From contig NIVC01001317.1 of assembly GCA_002269645.1 (NCBI GenBank), positions 124,001 through 188,000 on the forward strand: a stretch of 64,000 nucleotides of DNA, given 5' to 3'. Positions within the stretch are counted from its first letter, which is position 1. Every line of letters begins with the position of its first letter. Shown in pieces: positions 62,216 through 64,000 of this stretch. Made by a program: the position numbers and the translations under genes. A model generated the notes under the pieces. The model did no database searches and was not told the origin of the DNA. It saw only the letters and a list, made by a program, of their open reading frames with translations. Source of the stretch: Macrostomum lignano (Eukaryota).

Positions 62216-63039
62216 CACTCACTCAATCTACAATGACACCACTTATTCTCTCTCTTTTTTCCCAATAACCCGTTGTATTTTGAAAGGCGGAATCTCAATA
62301 GCTATAACAGTATCATCACAGCTTCTATCCTTTCCCCGTGGCCCAATAGCCCAGAACTAACAGCTCTCACGTCTGCCCTTAGCCGCAAAAAAAGAATACT
62401 TGGAAACGTGACTTCACACAAATCACTTAATTCCCGAGTGTATCATTGGCTTACGGTAACTCTGTTGGCTATTTTACTCCGTCAAAACAAAAACCCTGTG
62501 CCATTTGATTCTATAAGAGGAATTAGTTACAGTTTTCTTAACTCTGAGTCACACCATTTTGCTTGTGTTTGCCAGGGTCTGCACTCTCACTCTGGCGATT
62601 TTGCTTTTAATGCGCTGGCGGGCGGCCCTTTCGCCGAGTACAAACACAAACTCACGCAAGCAGAAAAGCATTCGGCTTGAGTCAATATTTGAGCCATTCA
62701 TGTTCGCAGTCATGCTACCTGTCAGGTCTGGCCTACTGAACTCATTTCTCTGAGTAAGATTCTGTTTTACTTTGTTGTTGCTTGTTTCGTGCTTTTTTAT
62801 GGCCTGTTGCTAACGGATTAACACTTTGTTATTGATATTGTCGCCGTCTGTTTTGAATCGATTTCATTGGCTCGCTGACTGACTGCGAAATGCAGTCAAA
62901 GTCTAGCATTTCTAACAGAGAAGGAGCAGGGAAAGGGGATTGTTGATATACGAGAGAAGGGGATAGGGGGAGAGGAGTAGAGAACGGAGATGGGGAGGAG
63001 GGGAGAGAAGAATAAAGAGGAGAGAAGGAGACAGGAAAA

Positions 63040-64000
63040 TAGGAAAGAGAAGGAGAGGGGAGAAGGAGAGGGGAGAGGAGGAGAGGGGAGAGAAGTGGAG
63101 GGAGAGAAGTGGAGGGAGAGAAGTGGAGGGAGAGGAGGAGAGGGGAGAAGTGGAGGGAGAGAAGTGGAGGGAGAGAAGTGGAGGGAGAGAAGGAGAGGGG
63201 AGAGAAGTGGAGGGAGAGAAGGAGAGGGGAGAGAAGGAGAGGGGAGAGGAGGAGAGGGGAGAGAAGGAGAGGGGAGAGAAGGAGAGGGAAGAGAAGGAGA
63301 GGGGAGAGAAGGAGAGGGAAGAGAAGGAGAGGGGAGAGAAGGAGAGGGGAGAGAAGGAGAGGGAAGAGAAGGAGAGGGGAGAGAAGGAGAGGGGAGAGAA
63401 GGAGAGGGGAGAGGAGGAGAGGGGAGAGAAGTGGAGGGAGAGAAGGAGAGGGGAGAGAAGGAGAGGGGAGAGGAGGAGAGGGGAGAGAAGGAGAGGGGAG
63501 AGAAGGAGAGGGAAGAGAAGGAGAGGGGAGAGAAGGAGAGGGGAGAGAAGGAGAGGGGAGAGGAGGAGAGGGGAGAGAAGTGGAGGGAGAGAAGGAGAGG
63601 GGAGAGAAGGAGAGGGGAGAGAAGGAGAGGGGAGAGAAGGAGAGGGGAGAGAAGGAGAGGGGAGAGAAGGAGAGGGGAGAGAAGGAGAGGGAAGAGAAGG
63701 AGAGGGGAGAGAAGGAGAGGGGAGAGAAGGAGAGGGGAGAGAAGGAGAGGGAAGAGAAGGAGAGGGAAGAGAAGGAGAGGGGAGAGAAGGAGAGAGGAGA
63801 GAAGGAGAGGGGAGAGGAGGAGAGGGGAGAGAAGGAGAGGGGAGAGAAGGAGAGGGAAGAGAAGGAGAGGGAAGAGAAGGAGAGGGGAGAGAAGGAGAGA
63901 GGAGAGAAGGAGAGGGGAGAGGAGGAGAGGGGAGAGAAGTGGAGGGAGAGAAGGAGAGGGGAGAGAAGGAGAGGGGAGAGAAGGAGAGGGAAGAGAAGGA
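63040..64000. repeat. 15-bp polypurine minisatellite (gagaaggagagggga), continuing past the window end
   Basis: Tandem units, almost purely purine on the + strand. Confidence 0.95.

Larger units (their letters stand above)
58050..62800 (-). mobile_element. Highly decayed LINE (CR1/L2/Jockey-like ORF2) fragments interrupted by simple repeats
   Basis: Minus-strand fragments KWCDSELRKL (~62560), ANDTTL followed by FNLIKIKF (~59490-59410; the YADD region) and LWDNLP..SLKEF (~58250) occur in the expected order. Many stops. Confidence 0.45.

Noticed and set aside
61236-62360. LHLPLT, EGEREM and VRGRWR repeat ORFs
   Set aside because: Translations of a polypyrimidine satellite.

Overview
Eukaryotic (metazoan) genomic DNA, not prokaryotic. 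It has GC-rich exons, GT-AG introns, AT-rich spacers full of decayed transposons, TTAGGG tracts and many minisatellites. The overall style fits a Macrostomum-like free-living flatworm (inference, not verified). Six spliced genes were reconstructed by hand: DCAF13/SOF1 (+), a short-form RNase Z/ELAC1-like gene (+), EXOSC3/RRP40 (+), CCDC113 (-), CK2 alpha (+) and a ~1950-aa ZNFX1-like helicase (+). Highlights: (1) the ZNFX1-like protein ends in two tandem PARP-type ADP-ribosyltransferase domains (H-Y-E and H-Y-M triads) instead of the ubiquitin-ligase module of vertebrate ZNFX1. (2) The RNase Z gene has no in-frame genomic ATG and begins exactly at an AG, as expected if a flatworm spliced-leader AUG supplies Met1; a 1-nt indel is the alternative. 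(3) That RNase Z lacks the tRNA-binding flexible arm. (4) Three stable-RNA-processing genes form an operon-like co-directional cluster. (5) The 5.2-kb ZNFX1 intron holds nested inverted-repeat elements and an antisense spliced ORF. The long low-complexity ORFs in the track are minisatellite artefacts. All protein family calls come from motif recognition; no database search was run.
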